From contig CAVYNY010000022.1 of NCBI GenBank assembly GCA_963769935.1, forward strand, positions 320,001-384,000: a DNA stretch of 64,000 nucleotides, read 5' to 3'. Position 1 is the first letter of the stretch, and each line of letters starts with the position of its first letter. The position numbers and the translations under genes were made by a program. The notes under the pieces were generated by a model. The model ran no database searches. It saw only the letters and a list, made by a program, of their open reading frames with translations, and was not told the DNA's origin. Shown here piece by piece: positions 48,992 to 58,690 of this stretch. The stretch comes from an uncultured delta proteobacterium. GTDB lineage: Bacteria > Desulfobacterota > Desulfobacteria > Desulfobacterales > JAFDCJ01.

Positions 48992-50071
48992 TTACGATAC
49001 CATTCGCTTCAACTGGGGTAAAAACTTATGATTGGCCTTGGGCAGTGGATAGGTTTCGAGTTCGTCAAGCTCGATCCAGCGAAAATCCACGGGGCCTTTT
49101 AATTTTACCCGGCCGGAAGCATACGAGCAGCAAAATACATCCATCAGAATTTTAAAATGGGTGTAAGCGTGTTTGACCTTGCAAAGATGCGTGTCTATTC
49201 CGACCGTTAGATTGACTTCCTCTTTGATCTCTCTGATGCAGGCTGCTTCGGGTTTTTCTCCGTTGCGGATCTTGCCTCCTGGAAATTCCCACAGGCCCCC
49301 AAGCAATCCATCATCTTTGCGGCGCGTAATCAACACCCGGCCGTTTTTAAATACAACGCCGACTGCGATCCGATACTGCGGTGTCGGGGATTTTTTCAGC
49401 TTCCTGGGAAATTCGGCCGTCCGGTTGGATTGGTAGGCCTGGCACTGCGTCTGAACCGGGCAGGTATCGCAAAGCGGATTCTGCGGTTTGCAAACCGTGG
49501 CGCCGAGTTCCATCAGGGCCTGATTGAAGATCCCCGGCCGGCGGTTGTCCAGTATATTTGCGGCGGCCGTCTGATATATTTTGTTCGATGTTGATTTGTT
49601 CACCGCAGCTTCCATGGCGAACAGGCGGGAGAGCACACGTTTGACATTCCCATCGACAACCGGGTAGGGCTTATCAAAGGCGATACTCAGCACAGCGCCC
49701 GCAATATAATCACCAACACCGGGTAATTTACGAAAATCCTGCCAGCTTTGCGGAACAGCTCCCCCGTACTGGTCAAAAACCATGCCCGCGGCGCTGCGCA
49801 AATTGCGGGCGCGGGCATAATATCCCAGACCCTCCCAGGCTTTGAGAACTTCCTGCAGACTCGCCCGGGCCAGGTGTTTTATATCCGGGAAGCGTTGCAG
49901 AAATTTTTGGTAGTATGGCAAAACCGTGTTGACCTGGGTTTGCTGCAACATTACTTCGGAAACCCAGATGTGGTATGAATTTTTTGTTTTGCGCCAGGGC
50001 AGATCCCTGTGATTTGCCGAATACCATTCGGTCAGGGCTTGGCGCAAAAATTGTATTTCTTTCTTTTGCAT
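48992..50071 (-). CDS. mutY: A/G-specific adenine glycosylase MutY with C-terminal NUDIX domain
   Basis: RDLPWR, SEVMLQQTQV, GLGYYARARN, LPGVG, VDGNVKRV, CKPQNPLCDTCPVQTQC. Confidence 0.95.
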   Translation of the reverse strand: MQKKEIQFLRQALTEWYSANHRDLPWRKTKNSYHIWVSEVMLQQTQVNTVLPYYQKFLQRFPDIKHLARASLQEVLKAWEGLGYYARARNLRSAAGMVFDQYGGAVPQSWQDFRKLPGVGDYIAGAVLSIAFDKPYPVVDGNVKRVLSRLFAMEAAVNKSTSNKIYQTAAANILDNRRPGIFNQALMELGATVCKPQNPLCDTCPVQTQCQAYQSNRTAEFPRKLKKSPTPQYRIAVGVVFKNGRVLITRRKDDGLLGGLWEFPGGKIRNGEKPEAACIREIKEEVNLTVGIDTHLCKVKHAYTHFKILMDVFCCSYASGRVKLKGPVDFRWIELDELETYPLPKANHKFLPQLKRMVS

Positions 50072-50219
50072 GTCCGTATAGGGTGTTAATAATAGAGTAT
50101 GTGCATTTTGATATAGGCGTTTCAAGCATCTGAATTGTTACGCATTTTTTATCCTGATTGATTCAACAAATCGATCCCATGAGCGCTGAACCCTTGAACC
50201 CTGAACGGCTAAACTCTAT

Positions 50220-51608
50220 TCACCGCATAATCTTTCTTAGTATTCTGAGCTTGTTGCCATAGGGCGGGTAGCGCAACGGCGCGTCTAATCGGAAATATCT
50301 TCTAAGAATGCTCTTTTGGTGAGAAAACGTATCAAAGCTTCGCTTGCCATGATAACTGCCTATTCCACTGCTGCCGATTCCGCCGAACGGCAAATGCGGA
50401 TTTGTAAAATGCAGCAAGGTGTCATTGATGCAACCGCCGCCGAACGGGATGTCCCTGATAATTTTTTCGCGATGCTGCTTATTGTTGGAAAAAAGATATA
50501 ATGCCAGCGGCGCGGGCTGCGATTTTATCCGGGCAATTACTTCCGCTAAGTCATCAAAGGCGATTACCGGCAGGATGGGACCGAAAATCTCCTCCTGCAT
50601 AATGGAATCATCCCAGGCAACCGCATCTATAATGGTCGGAGCGATATAAAGATTCTCTCGATCGGCCTGACCTCCGGCAATTATGTCTCCATGCTGCAGG
50701 AGTTTTTCCAGACGCAGGAAATGTTTTTCGTTAATGATCCGTGGATAGTCGGGACTTTGCCGGGGGTCGCGGCCGTAGAACTGACTGATGCAGGTTCTCA
50801 TCCGGTCAGTCAATTCCGCTTTAAGGCTGCGGTGCACCATCAGATAATCCGGAGCGATGCAGGTTTGGCCGGCATTGATGAATTTCCCGGAGACAATCCG
50901 TCTGGCCGCCGTAGATAAATCTACATCGCGATCCACAATACACGGGCTTTTGCCGCCCAGCTCCAGGGTAGACGGTGTCAGATTTCTAGCGGCCGCCTGC
51001 ATGACAATTTTGCCGATACCGGCACTACCGGTAAAGAATATATAATCAAAGTTTTCGTCCAGCAACGCTCGGCTGACCTGTGCATCGCCTTCGATGACAG
51101 CAATGAAGTTGCGATCGAAATTCATACCGATGATTTCGCTGAGTATCCGAGCGGTGGCAGGCGCGAGTTCCGAGGGTTTTACCACGCTGCAGTTGCCGGC
51201 TGCCAGCGAGCCGATCAAGGGTCCGATGACCAGTTGAAAAGGATAGTTCCAGGGAGAAACAATGAGCGCTACCCCGTATGGTTCCGGATAAACGAAGCTG
51301 GCACCCGGAAATTGAAATAAATGGGTCCGAACCCTTTTGGGTTTGACCCATTTAGCCAGATGCTTTCTGACAAATCGGATTTCATCCAGAACAAGGCCCA
51401 CCTCGGTTAGATAGCCTTCATAGGCCGATTTAGAAAGGTCCTGATGCAGGGCGTTTAATATATCTTTTTGATGGTCGCGGATGACGCTGTAGAGGGTATC
51501 AAGTCGGGCGCCGCGAAAGCCGAGGTCCCGGGTCTGTCCGGAATCATAGAAGTTTTTCTGGCCGGCCAAGATGGTTTTTATATTTTCCATGATGCTGCCG
51601 TCGTTCAT
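50220..51608 (-). CDS. Aldehyde dehydrogenase (ALDH3/YwdH-like)
   Basis: PWNYP, KPSE, FTGS, LELGGKSP, NAGQTCIAPDY, EEIFGP. Confidence 0.92.
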   Translation of the reverse strand: MNDGSIMENIKTILAGQKNFYDSGQTRDLGFRGARLDTLYSVIRDHQKDILNALHQDLSKSAYEGYLTEVGLVLDEIRFVRKHLAKWVKPKRVRTHLFQFPGASFVYPEPYGVALIVSPWNYPFQLVIGPLIGSLAAGNCSVVKPSELAPATARILSEIIGMNFDRNFIAVIEGDAQVSRALLDENFDYIFFTGSAGIGKIVMQAAARNLTPSTLELGGKSPCIVDRDVDLSTAARRIVSGKFINAGQTCIAPDYLMVHRSLKAELTDRMRTCISQFYGRDPRQSPDYPRIINEKHFLRLEKLLQHGDIIAGGQADRENLYIAPTIIDAVAWDDSIMQEEIFGPILPVIAFDDLAEVIARIKSQPAPLALYLFSNNKQHREKIIRDIPFGGGCINDTLLHFTNPHLPFGGIGSSGIGSYHGKRSFDTFSHQKSILRRYFRLDAPLRYPPYGNKLRILRKIMR

Positions 51609-52444
51609 ACATTTTCAGGATCCGGGCATTGGGCGACGCTCCGCGCCAGGGCACGCATATGTGCTTTCTCGGCCTGGGCGAGGGCCAGAAATGTTTCCCG
51701 GGCCTCGGAACCGGCGCTGCGTTCGGCCAGTACCCGGTACAGGTCAAATGCGGCGTATTCAATGGTAAGCGCCAGGTCGATCACCGCCGAGCAACCTCGG
51801 CCGGCTTCCGCCTCCAGCATGTTGCAGGCGTCTTCGAAACTCCGGCCGCCTTCTAAAATATCACCTGCCAGGCGCTGATACAGCTGGTCAAACGGCGGCG
51901 GGCCGGGTTCGAGTTCCTGCCAGAAACGATAAATCAGCGTCGCATGCCCCTTCTCTGCGATGGCGATCTGCTCGAAGGCCCGTCCTATGGGATTGCCACT
52001 GTATTTGTCACTTGCCAATCGGTAGAACCGCCAGGCGCCTTTTTCCAGATCCATTGCGGTGGCCAGCAGCCGGTCCGGTTCCTGGTCCATATCGAAAATT
52101 TGCACTTTGGGATAGCCCGTTAAGGTAATGCCTTGCCAGTTCCGAAGTCCGCCCATTAAATTGAAGACGGATTTTTGACAGATCTCACTTTCGCCGGCCA
52201 ATGAAGCCGCCCATTGCGAGCGCCCGCCGTTGTCGCAGTAAAATATCAAATCCCGGTCGCCCGGCAGGGAAAACAGCCTGGTTTCAACCTCGGCCAGCGG
52301 CATGAGCCTGGCTCCCGGAAGATGGCCCAGTTCATATTCCGACTCCTGGCGCACATCGATTACCAGGTAATCCTTTTCGTGGTGATTTTTCAGGTACTCT
52401 CTGAATTCTTCGCTGGTCAGTGATTTGAATTCCAGGTTGTCCAT
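51605..52444 (-). CDS. Rhodanese domain + rubrerythrin/ferritin-like domain protein
   Basis: IDVRQESEYELGHLPGA, FYCDNGGRS; AMDLEK..FY, EKGH, LAQAEKAH. Confidence 0.85.
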   Translation of the reverse strand: MDNLEFKSLTSEEFREYLKNHHEKDYLVIDVRQESEYELGHLPGARLMPLAEVETRLFSLPGDRDLIFYCDNGGRSQWAASLAGESEICQKSVFNLMGGLRNWQGITLTGYPKVQIFDMDQEPDRLLATAMDLEKGAWRFYRLASDKYSGNPIGRAFEQIAIAEKGHATLIYRFWQELEPGPPPFDQLYQRLAGDILEGGRSFEDACNMLEAEAGRGCSAVIDLALTIEYAAFDLYRVLAERSAGSEARETFLALAQAEKAHMRALARSVAQCPDPENV

Positions 52445-52451
52445 GGCGATG

Positions 52452-52692
52452 CAGTTGATTTAGTTGATAGAATTTATTGAGGTTATTTAGTTGATAGTTG
52501 GCATTTCATAGTTGACAGCAGAAAGGCTGGGATGCCGGAATGCTGGAAGGCTTTAATGGTCCAACTTAATGCATCTTTTTTGCCTTTTTCCCTATGAGCT
52601 ATGAGCTATCAGCTGACGCGCGAGCGTCCCACCTTCTCACCCTCTCACCTTCCCACCTTCGTCTTTTTTCAGCTTCCGAGCCTCCCCGCCTC
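52452..52692. repeat. Mosaic repeat array containing copy 2 of the dispersed ~140-bp element
   Basis: AGTTGATTT 9-mers, then GCTGGAAGGC..GGTCCA.CTTAA..ATCTTTTTTGCCTTTTTCCC.TGAGCTATGAGCTATCAGCTGACGCGCGAGCGTCCCACCTTCT, matching ~48815-48960. Confidence 0.8.
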
Positions 52693-54777
52693 TTACCCTT
52701 TTCCCAGAATCCGGTCCAGCATAATCCGGGTGTCGGTGGTGGAATCGGTGCAGGAACCGTTGCGGCATACATGAGCGGTGGCCTTGCCTTCGATAACCTG
52801 CAACCCGTCGGTATATCCGGCAAACCGGGCCAGTTGCTCGGCATTTTGATCCGATTTAACAATGGCAACCTTGTTGGGTGCAAAATTAAGATTCAAGGCC
52901 GCCACCAATTGCCGGGTGTCCGTTGCCTGCGGTTCGCCGGTGATAATTACTTCCTGGCCCGGTTGCAGGGCAAAATCAAGCGCACCCAAAAAATGGGTAA
53001 AGGCCTGGGGTTGAGATTTTACCGTCCCGGCAAAGGCCCTAATCTGGGCTTGGGTCCGGTCTTCCCACCGCGGGTCGCCCGTCAATCTGAACAGTGTCAC
53101 CAGGTTGAACAAAGCCACCGAATTGGCCGAGGGTATGGCCCCGTCATACAGCTCCTTCGGTCGTACCGGCAGATCGACACTTTCGCCGGAAGTGGAGAAA
53201 AAACCGCCGTTTTTTTCATCCCAGAAGTCCTCTATCATAATTTCCTGCAGCGCGCGAGCTTTTTCGGCAATTGCCAGGTCAAATGTTGTCTGGTAAAGGC
53301 TTAAAAGTCCCTGAATTAAAAAAGCATAGTCGGAGGCCTGAGCTTTTACCGCCAGCTCACCGTCGCGGAAACGGTGGTAAAGGCGCCCGTTGCTATCCGT
53401 CATCTGCGTCAGGATAAACTCAACGGCCCGGCGGGCGGCAACTTCATATTCGGGCTTGTTTAAAATCCGCGCTCCCAGCGCCAGCGCCGCAATCATCAGC
53501 CCGTTCCAGTCGGTGAGGATCTTGTCGTCCTTTAAAGGATGAATCCGTTTCTCACGATGTTGAAACAGCCGGTCGCGAATTTTCTCCCATTCCTCGCGCA
53601 GTTGATTTTCCGGTACATTCAGTTTTACAGCCCATTTGTTCAGAGGAGCCGTCAGGTGCAGGATATTGGCGCCGGTTTTCTGACGGCTTGCTTCATCGAC
53701 AAAGTTGCCTTCCGGACTTAACCTTAAGATTGTTTCCCACCGCGATGCGCTTTCACTGCCCAGCACCCGGCGAAATTCCTCTGATGTCCAAACGTAAAAC
53801 TTACCTTCCTCGCCCTCGCTATCGGCGTCTTCAGCCGAGTAGAAGCCGCCTTGGTCGGCGGTCATGTCCCGCAGGACATAGGTCAGGATATCGGCGGCCG
53901 TTTCGGCGAACAAGGCGTCTCTGGTAATTTGATAGGCTTCCAGGAAAGCGGTGGCGATCAGGGCCTGATCATAAAGCATTTTTTCGAAATGTGGCAACAG
54001 CCATCGCGCATCGGTGGAATAGCGATGAAAGCCGTAGCCGACGTGATCCCATATTCCGCCCAGACGCATAGCGGTTAATGTTTTTTGGACCATATCCAGG
54101 GCCTGCGCTTCTTCGGTGCGATGGTAAAAGCGCAACAAAAAAAGCAGTCGATGCGGGGTGGGAAACTTAGGCGCGGGTTCAAACCCGCCATGCTGCGAAT
54201 CAAAGGATTTTTTTATCTGCGTGTAAGCCAGCTCCAGCAAAGCGACATCCGGCTCCTCGGATGAGGTATAGGCAAAAGCCCGATCCAGATTGGCGGCAAT
54301 GCTGGTGGCCGAGGTTTCGATCTTTTCATTTTGGTTGGACCAGAGGTTTTTTACCTGCCGGCAGATGTCGATAAGGCCTGCCCGGCCTTGACGGCTTAGT
54401 TTGGGAAGATAGGTGGCGGCAAAAAAAGGTTTTTTTTTAGGGGTCATGAAAATGCTCAAGGGCCACCCGCCGCTTCCGGTCAGCATCTGGCAGGCAGCCA
54501 TATACACGGCGTCGATGTCGGGGCGTTCTTCGCGATCCACTTTAATGCAGACAAACGTATCGTTGAGATATTCCGCGGTTTTCTGATCTTCAAAGGATTC
54601 TTTTTCCATGACATGGCACCAGTGGCAGGTGGCGTAGCCGATGGAAAGAAAAATGGGTTTGTTTTCGGCGACGGCTTTGGCAAAAGTTGCCTCGGACCAG
54701 GGGTGCCAGTCAACCGGATTATGGGCATGCTGGATCAGATAAGGACTTTTTTCGTTGATGAGATGGTTGGGAGACAT
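52693..54777 (-). CDS. YyaL/SSP411 family thioredoxin-domain protein
   Basis: [60 protein letters not shown]. Confidence 0.92.
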   Translation of the reverse strand: MSPNHLINEKSPYLIQHAHNPVDWHPWSEATFAKAVAENKPIFLSIGYATCHWCHVMEKESFEDQKTAEYLNDTFVCIKVDREERPDIDAVYMAACQMLTGSGGWPLSIFMTPKKKPFFAATYLPKLSRQGRAGLIDICRQVKNLWSNQNEKIETSATSIAANLDRAFAYTSSEEPDVALLELAYTQIKKSFDSQHGGFEPAPKFPTPHRLLFLLRFYHRTEEAQALDMVQKTLTAMRLGGIWDHVGYGFHRYSTDARWLLPHFEKMLYDQALIATAFLEAYQITRDALFAETAADILTYVLRDMTADQGGFYSAEDADSEGEEGKFYVWTSEEFRRVLGSESASRWETILRLSPEGNFVDEASRQKTGANILHLTAPLNKWAVKLNVPENQLREEWEKIRDRLFQHREKRIHPLKDDKILTDWNGLMIAALALGARILNKPEYEVAARRAVEFILTQMTDSNGRLYHRFRDGELAVKAQASDYAFLIQGLLSLYQTTFDLAIAEKARALQEIMIEDFWDEKNGGFFSTSGESVDLPVRPKELYDGAIPSANSVALFNLVTLFRLTGDPRWEDRTQAQIRAFAGTVKSQPQAFTHFLGALDFALQPGQEVIITGEPQATDTRQLVAALNLNFAPNKVAIVKSDQNAEQLARFAGYTDGLQVIEGKATAHVCRNGSCTDSTTDTRIMLDRILGKG

Positions 54778-54993
54778 GAATTACTCCTTTTGTGTTTAGG
54801 ACAGTCATTACGCCGGTTATATCAGAGCGTGTTTTGTCTTGCGGATGAAATAAAGCAAGGAGGCGGGGAAGCCGGGCGGCCGGAAAGCCTGGCTGCAAAA
54901 AAACCACCCTTGCGCTTCCTGTTTCAAGCTTCCCCGCCTCTTGGCCTATCTGTTAATATAGGCACGGAGAATCTTATTGGCAATTAAGTAATA

Positions 54994-56628
54994 TCAGCGG
55001 TTTTTCAAATGAGGGTAAGCAGGATAGGTGGTGAGCCGGGAATCTTCAATCGGCTTTCCCACGGTAAAGTGATACAGACTCTGATATCGATGGCCTTTGG
55101 TTCCCAGCACTTCATGCACGGCATCGTCAAAGAAACACCCGATACCGGTGCCGCGAACCCCGTGGGCTTCGGCTTCCAGGTATAAAACCTGGCCGATCAT
55201 CCCGGTTTCCCAAAAAAGCTGCCGGTAGCGATAGGGCGCGCTGCAAATCGCAGCGTTAAACACGGCAATCATGCCCAGCGAAAAAGCGCCGTCGCCGGCG
55301 ATATCCTGATGGCAGCTCACCAGCGTGGCCTGCTGCCGGAAATTTCCCTTTTGCAGCAGATAAAGCGGAAAATCCTTTTCGATCGACTGCCAGACAAAGC
55401 CTTCATCGGCGGACTTTTTCAGCAGGTCGATATCTTTTGCTCTTCGTAGAAAACAATATAAACCAGGTGCCAGGTCCGTCACGTGATGGAGGAAAATGAG
55501 CAGGTGAATTGAAGGCTGCGTGAGTTCTACATCAAAGGGTGCACAGGTGTTGCGGGGTTGGGTTTTATCCAGTATGGCCAGAAATTGGGTTTTGCTCATC
55601 GATCCGCTGCGGTCAAGCGCGGTGGCGCTGCGCCGTCGGCGGATGATCTGAGCGGCGGTGAGTTGGCTGGTCGCTTGATAATGCCAATCCTCATGGCCGA
55701 AATCGTATTTTTTTTGTGGGGTTGCCGGCTTGCGGGTCAGATTTGCAGTTTGGTAAATGATCTGCCAGTTGATCCGTTGTTTGCTCAGGGTGTTGGGTAT
55801 GCCCGTAAAGGCCAACCGACCAAAATCTGTAACGACGGATCGCGGCAGCGAACGGGGAATATCAGACCGGTCATTGGAATGCACGAAGCATAATAAATCC
55901 GGATATTCTTTTTCCAGATCTGCAAAGCGGGTCTTCTCAAATCCCAGTATGGTATCAAGGGCATCATCTGAGAGTCCGTTCAGATACGTCGCTTTCCAGC
56001 CGAACAGGTTGGCGGCAATACTGAGAGCGGCCAGGGCATGTCCGACATCGTGATTGCAGTAGCGAAAGGCGCGCTCCCCGTATTTCCAGGATTCACGCCA
56101 GAAAATACTGCTCAAGCCGATCAGAAAGCCGCTGCCTCTGAAATGCGTCAAAATTTGCTGCTGAATCTCTGCGGTAAGCAGGGCCCGTTCTTCCAGGCAA
56201 TGGGTTAAAGCGTTGTAGTGATAGATTCCTGCCGGCACTGTATCGAGTTGCGGCAATATCAGGTGGGCTTCGGTGGGATGAAGATTGCCGCTTGAGGGAT
56301 TCATGCGCAGAGCCCATTGCGATCCACCCACGGCTTTCCAGGCCGACAAACCCAACGACAGCTCCAGAACCCCCGCGACAGTTTCGATGGTAAATTCCCG
56401 GGCAGGGTTGTTGTCCCGCCGGTACAAATCCGGATGCGCCGCTGCGGGGTCTTTTTTTAGAAGCGGGAGTTCGACAATTCGTGTTTTTTCGTAGAAGCGG
56501 AACGGATTCGGCTGGTTTTCCCAGTCCATATATCCCGCAGATCTGGCATAGTTCCTGAAATGGTGCTTGGTTTCTTCGTGGTAGCGAACAATGTCTGCGA
56601 CACTATTTTTGCCATCAACAGGTGTCAT
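54994..56628 (-). CDS. SagB/ThcOx-like tandem nitroreductase-fold protein
   Basis: YHEETKH, LRMNPSSGNLHPTE, WKYGERAFRYC.HD.GH, IRRRRSA, GIGCFFDD. Confidence 0.85.
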   Translation of the reverse strand: MTPVDGKNSVADIVRYHEETKHHFRNYARSAGYMDWENQPNPFRFYEKTRIVELPLLKKDPAAAHPDLYRRDNNPAREFTIETVAGVLELSLGLSAWKAVGGSQWALRMNPSSGNLHPTEAHLILPQLDTVPAGIYHYNALTHCLEERALLTAEIQQQILTHFRGSGFLIGLSSIFWRESWKYGERAFRYCNHDVGHALAALSIAANLFGWKATYLNGLSDDALDTILGFEKTRFADLEKEYPDLLCFVHSNDRSDIPRSLPRSVVTDFGRLAFTGIPNTLSKQRINWQIIYQTANLTRKPATPQKKYDFGHEDWHYQATSQLTAAQIIRRRRSATALDRSGSMSKTQFLAILDKTQPRNTCAPFDVELTQPSIHLLIFLHHVTDLAPGLYCFLRRAKDIDLLKKSADEGFVWQSIEKDFPLYLLQKGNFRQQATLVSCHQDIAGDGAFSLGMIAVFNAAICSAPYRYRQLFWETGMIGQVLYLEAEAHGVRGTGIGCFFDDAVHEVLGTKGHRYQSLYHFTVGKPIEDSRLTTYPAYPHLKNR

Positions 56629-56649
56629 TGGGAGGTGTCATTGGGCGGG

Positions 56650-56682
56650 AAAAAAAGGCAACACCTTCGGGTGTTGCCTTTT
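56650..56682 (-). terminator. Intrinsic terminator downstream of the HesB-like gene
   Basis: Minus strand AAAAGGCAACACC-CGAA-GGTGTTGCC-TTTTTTT; perfect stem followed by a U tract. Confidence 0.8.
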
Positions 56683-56705
56683 ATGCTGTCTGCCAAATTG
56701 AATTA

Positions 56706-57017
56706 TCAACTGCAACTGCTGCCGCAGCTTGAGCATGACGATGCCGGTCCGAAATCGATGTTGGAGCTTATTTTAAACCCATACCCTAAAAAATCCACCG
56801 TCACGGGCCTGGCCTTTTCGTCAAAATCCTTATCCAGGACAAATTGAAATCCATTAACATCGTACACATTATCTGTTTTTTTGGGCTCATCCAGAGCCAT
56901 TGCCAATGAAGGGCCGCCTCACCCGCCCTCATTGAGAAAAATGCGAATCGGAACGATTTCGCGATCCTTAAAATATTCTGAAATTTGCTGGCTTGCTGCT
57001 TCGGTAACCTCTACCAT
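56706..57017 (-). CDS. IscA/HesB-like selenoprotein (Sec at codon 33)
   Basis: AAGGAGG RBS; MVEVTEAASQQISEYFKDREIVPIRIFLNEGG-TGA-GGPSLAMALDEPK...; in-frame TGA at 56919-56921; 103 aa in total. Confidence 0.88.
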
Positions 57018-57166
57018 ATCATCCTCCTTAAACTGAAATATGATCAGCGCAATTCAACTGGCGGGAATGGACCTGATCGTGAAATTTTACCCACATGTTA
57101 ATTACCTGGATCAATTTTGTCAATGGCTATTATCCGATTCGAGTGATGTCCCGTCCGCGCGCCGGT

Positions 57167-57694
57167 CTATGCACCTATGGAGCGAATATAATCTTGATAG
57201 ACCTTCAGATCCCCGGGAGAAAAAAGCATAAAAATCACTTTTTTGACGGACGTATCGGATCCAAGAAAATCGCAGGCCGTGTCCACCGCAATTCGACAGG
57301 CTTGCTCGATGGGGTAGCCGTACACCCCGCAGCTGATGGCCGGAAATGCTATCGAGGCCACGTTGTTTTCAGCTGCAAGCTTCAGGCTGTTGCGGTAGCA
57401 TGCGGTCAGCAGTGTCCGGTCCCGCGGTTTGCCGCTATAAACCGGGCCCACCGTGTGAATAACAAAGCGGGCCGCAAGGTTATAACCTCCGGTTAATCGG
57501 GCTTCGCCGGTGGGGCAGCCGCCCAGGCGGCGACACTCTTGCAGCAGCCCCGGTCCCGCTGCCCGGTGAATGGCACCGTCAACGCCTCCGCCGCCCAGCA
57601 GGGATGTGTTGGCCGCATTGACAATGGCATCTACATCCAGCCGGGTGATGTCCCCCTGTTTGGCTTCTATTTTATCCAGAATATTTTTTTCCAT
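57167..57694 (-). CDS. Macro domain protein (O-acetyl-ADP-ribose deacetylase, YmdB-like)
   Basis: GDIT, AIVNAANTSLLGGGGVDGAIH, HTVGPV, AFPAISCGVYGYP. Confidence 0.92.
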   Translation of the reverse strand: MEKNILDKIEAKQGDITRLDVDAIVNAANTSLLGGGGVDGAIHRAAGPGLLQECRRLGGCPTGEARLTGGYNLAARFVIHTVGPVYSGKPRDRTLLTACYRNSLKLAAENNVASIAFPAISCGVYGYPIEQACRIAVDTACDFLGSDTSVKKVIFMLFSPGDLKVYQDYIRSIGA

Positions 57695-57798
57695 TGCTTC
57701 CCCCATAAACGGAGTTTATTGAGTGGCTAGGGTTTATAGAGTTGATTCAGTTGATAGGTGACAGCTCATAGGAAAATTCATTTATGCCGACCGATTTC

Positions 57799-57852
57799 GT
57801 AGGGCGGGCCTCCGTGCCCGCCGAAATGGGTCGGCACGGAGGCCGACCCTAC
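57799..57852. repeat. GTAG-family REP doublet (REPIN-like inverted pair)
   Basis: GTAGGGCGGGCCTCCGTGCCCGCC-gaaatg-GGTCGGCACGGAGGCCGACCCTAC. Confidence 0.75.
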
Positions 57853-57939
57853 GCCAGCGCCAAACCAAAGTTTCTTTTATGATCAGACCGACATTTATTT
57901 TGGCCAGCGATCCGCCGGCGGAACCCCTGAAACCTTAAT

Positions 57940-58434
57940 CTAAAGATCATACAAGGTTTCATCTCTGGTCGGAGCGGGGCGCTTCATGCCTTTGGCAGCA
58001 CCTTTTTTCTCGGGCAATGCAAACGGATCTTCCTGCTCCAGGAGATCTCCCATTTCGGCTTCGATGGCCTCAGGATCCTCGCCGGCTTCCATGCGCTTTA
58101 ATGCTTCCTGCATTCCGGCTCCGAGTTGAAGTCCCGTCATATCCGTCAATTTGCGCATCAGATTGGCGGCCTGACGGGGATCATCCTCGTTAATATTTTC
58201 GGCTTCACCGGCCAACATTTGCATGGCTTTTTCCATTTTGCCTTCGTCAAGGGGCAGGTCGTCTAACTCACCGTCTTCTTTGGCTTTACCGGTAAAGGCA
58301 AATTTAGACATCTGTCTGGAAAGCGTTTTTGTTTTACATTTAGGGCAATTCGGTTTCTTACGGGTGTTGACGGTCCTTGAAAAGAAATTAAAAATTGTAT
58401 TGCAATCCTCACAGAAAAACTCGTATATCGGCAT
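57940..58434 (-). CDS. FmdB-family zinc-ribbon protein
   Basis: MPIYEFFCEDC...CPKC...LSRQMSKF; acidic helical C-terminus. Confidence 0.85.
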   Translation of the reverse strand: MPIYEFFCEDCNTIFNFFSRTVNTRKKPNCPKCKTKTLSRQMSKFAFTGKAKEDGELDDLPLDEGKMEKAMQMLAGEAENINEDDPRQAANLMRKLTDMTGLQLGAGMQEALKRMEAGEDPEAIEAEMGDLLEQEDPFALPEKKGAAKGMKRPAPTRDETLYDL

Positions 58435-58487
58435 GATTTCTCCCTCTTGTCTGCATGTGCAATCCATATCTATAACGTTTCGAAAGA

Positions 58488-58516
58488 ATTATAAAATCTG
58501 ATAAAATCTTTGTCAA
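58488..58516 (-). promoter_or_regulatory. Consensus sigma-70 promoter for the zinc-ribbon gene
   Basis: TTGACA-N17-TATAAT on the minus strand. Confidence 0.8.
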
Positions 58517-58690
58517 CTGAATAAGATGAGCGCTTCGCTCAAGGATCCCCGCCGGCAAGCGGATTTTGATGCGGTTTTGCCATCAGCCGGGCCTCAAGCA
58601 GCGCAGCATTCATTTCTTCACGGTTGACTTGCAGTCCGTCATTTGTTATGCCACCGGGGACCAAATATAACCGGAAAGGATTTTTATATT

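Noticed and set aside
54994..56628. SagB-like gene as part of an azole RiPP cluster
   Set aside because: No YcaO, E1-like protein or precursor nearby. The Cys/Ser-rich upstream ORF is the HesB tail and is followed by a terminator.
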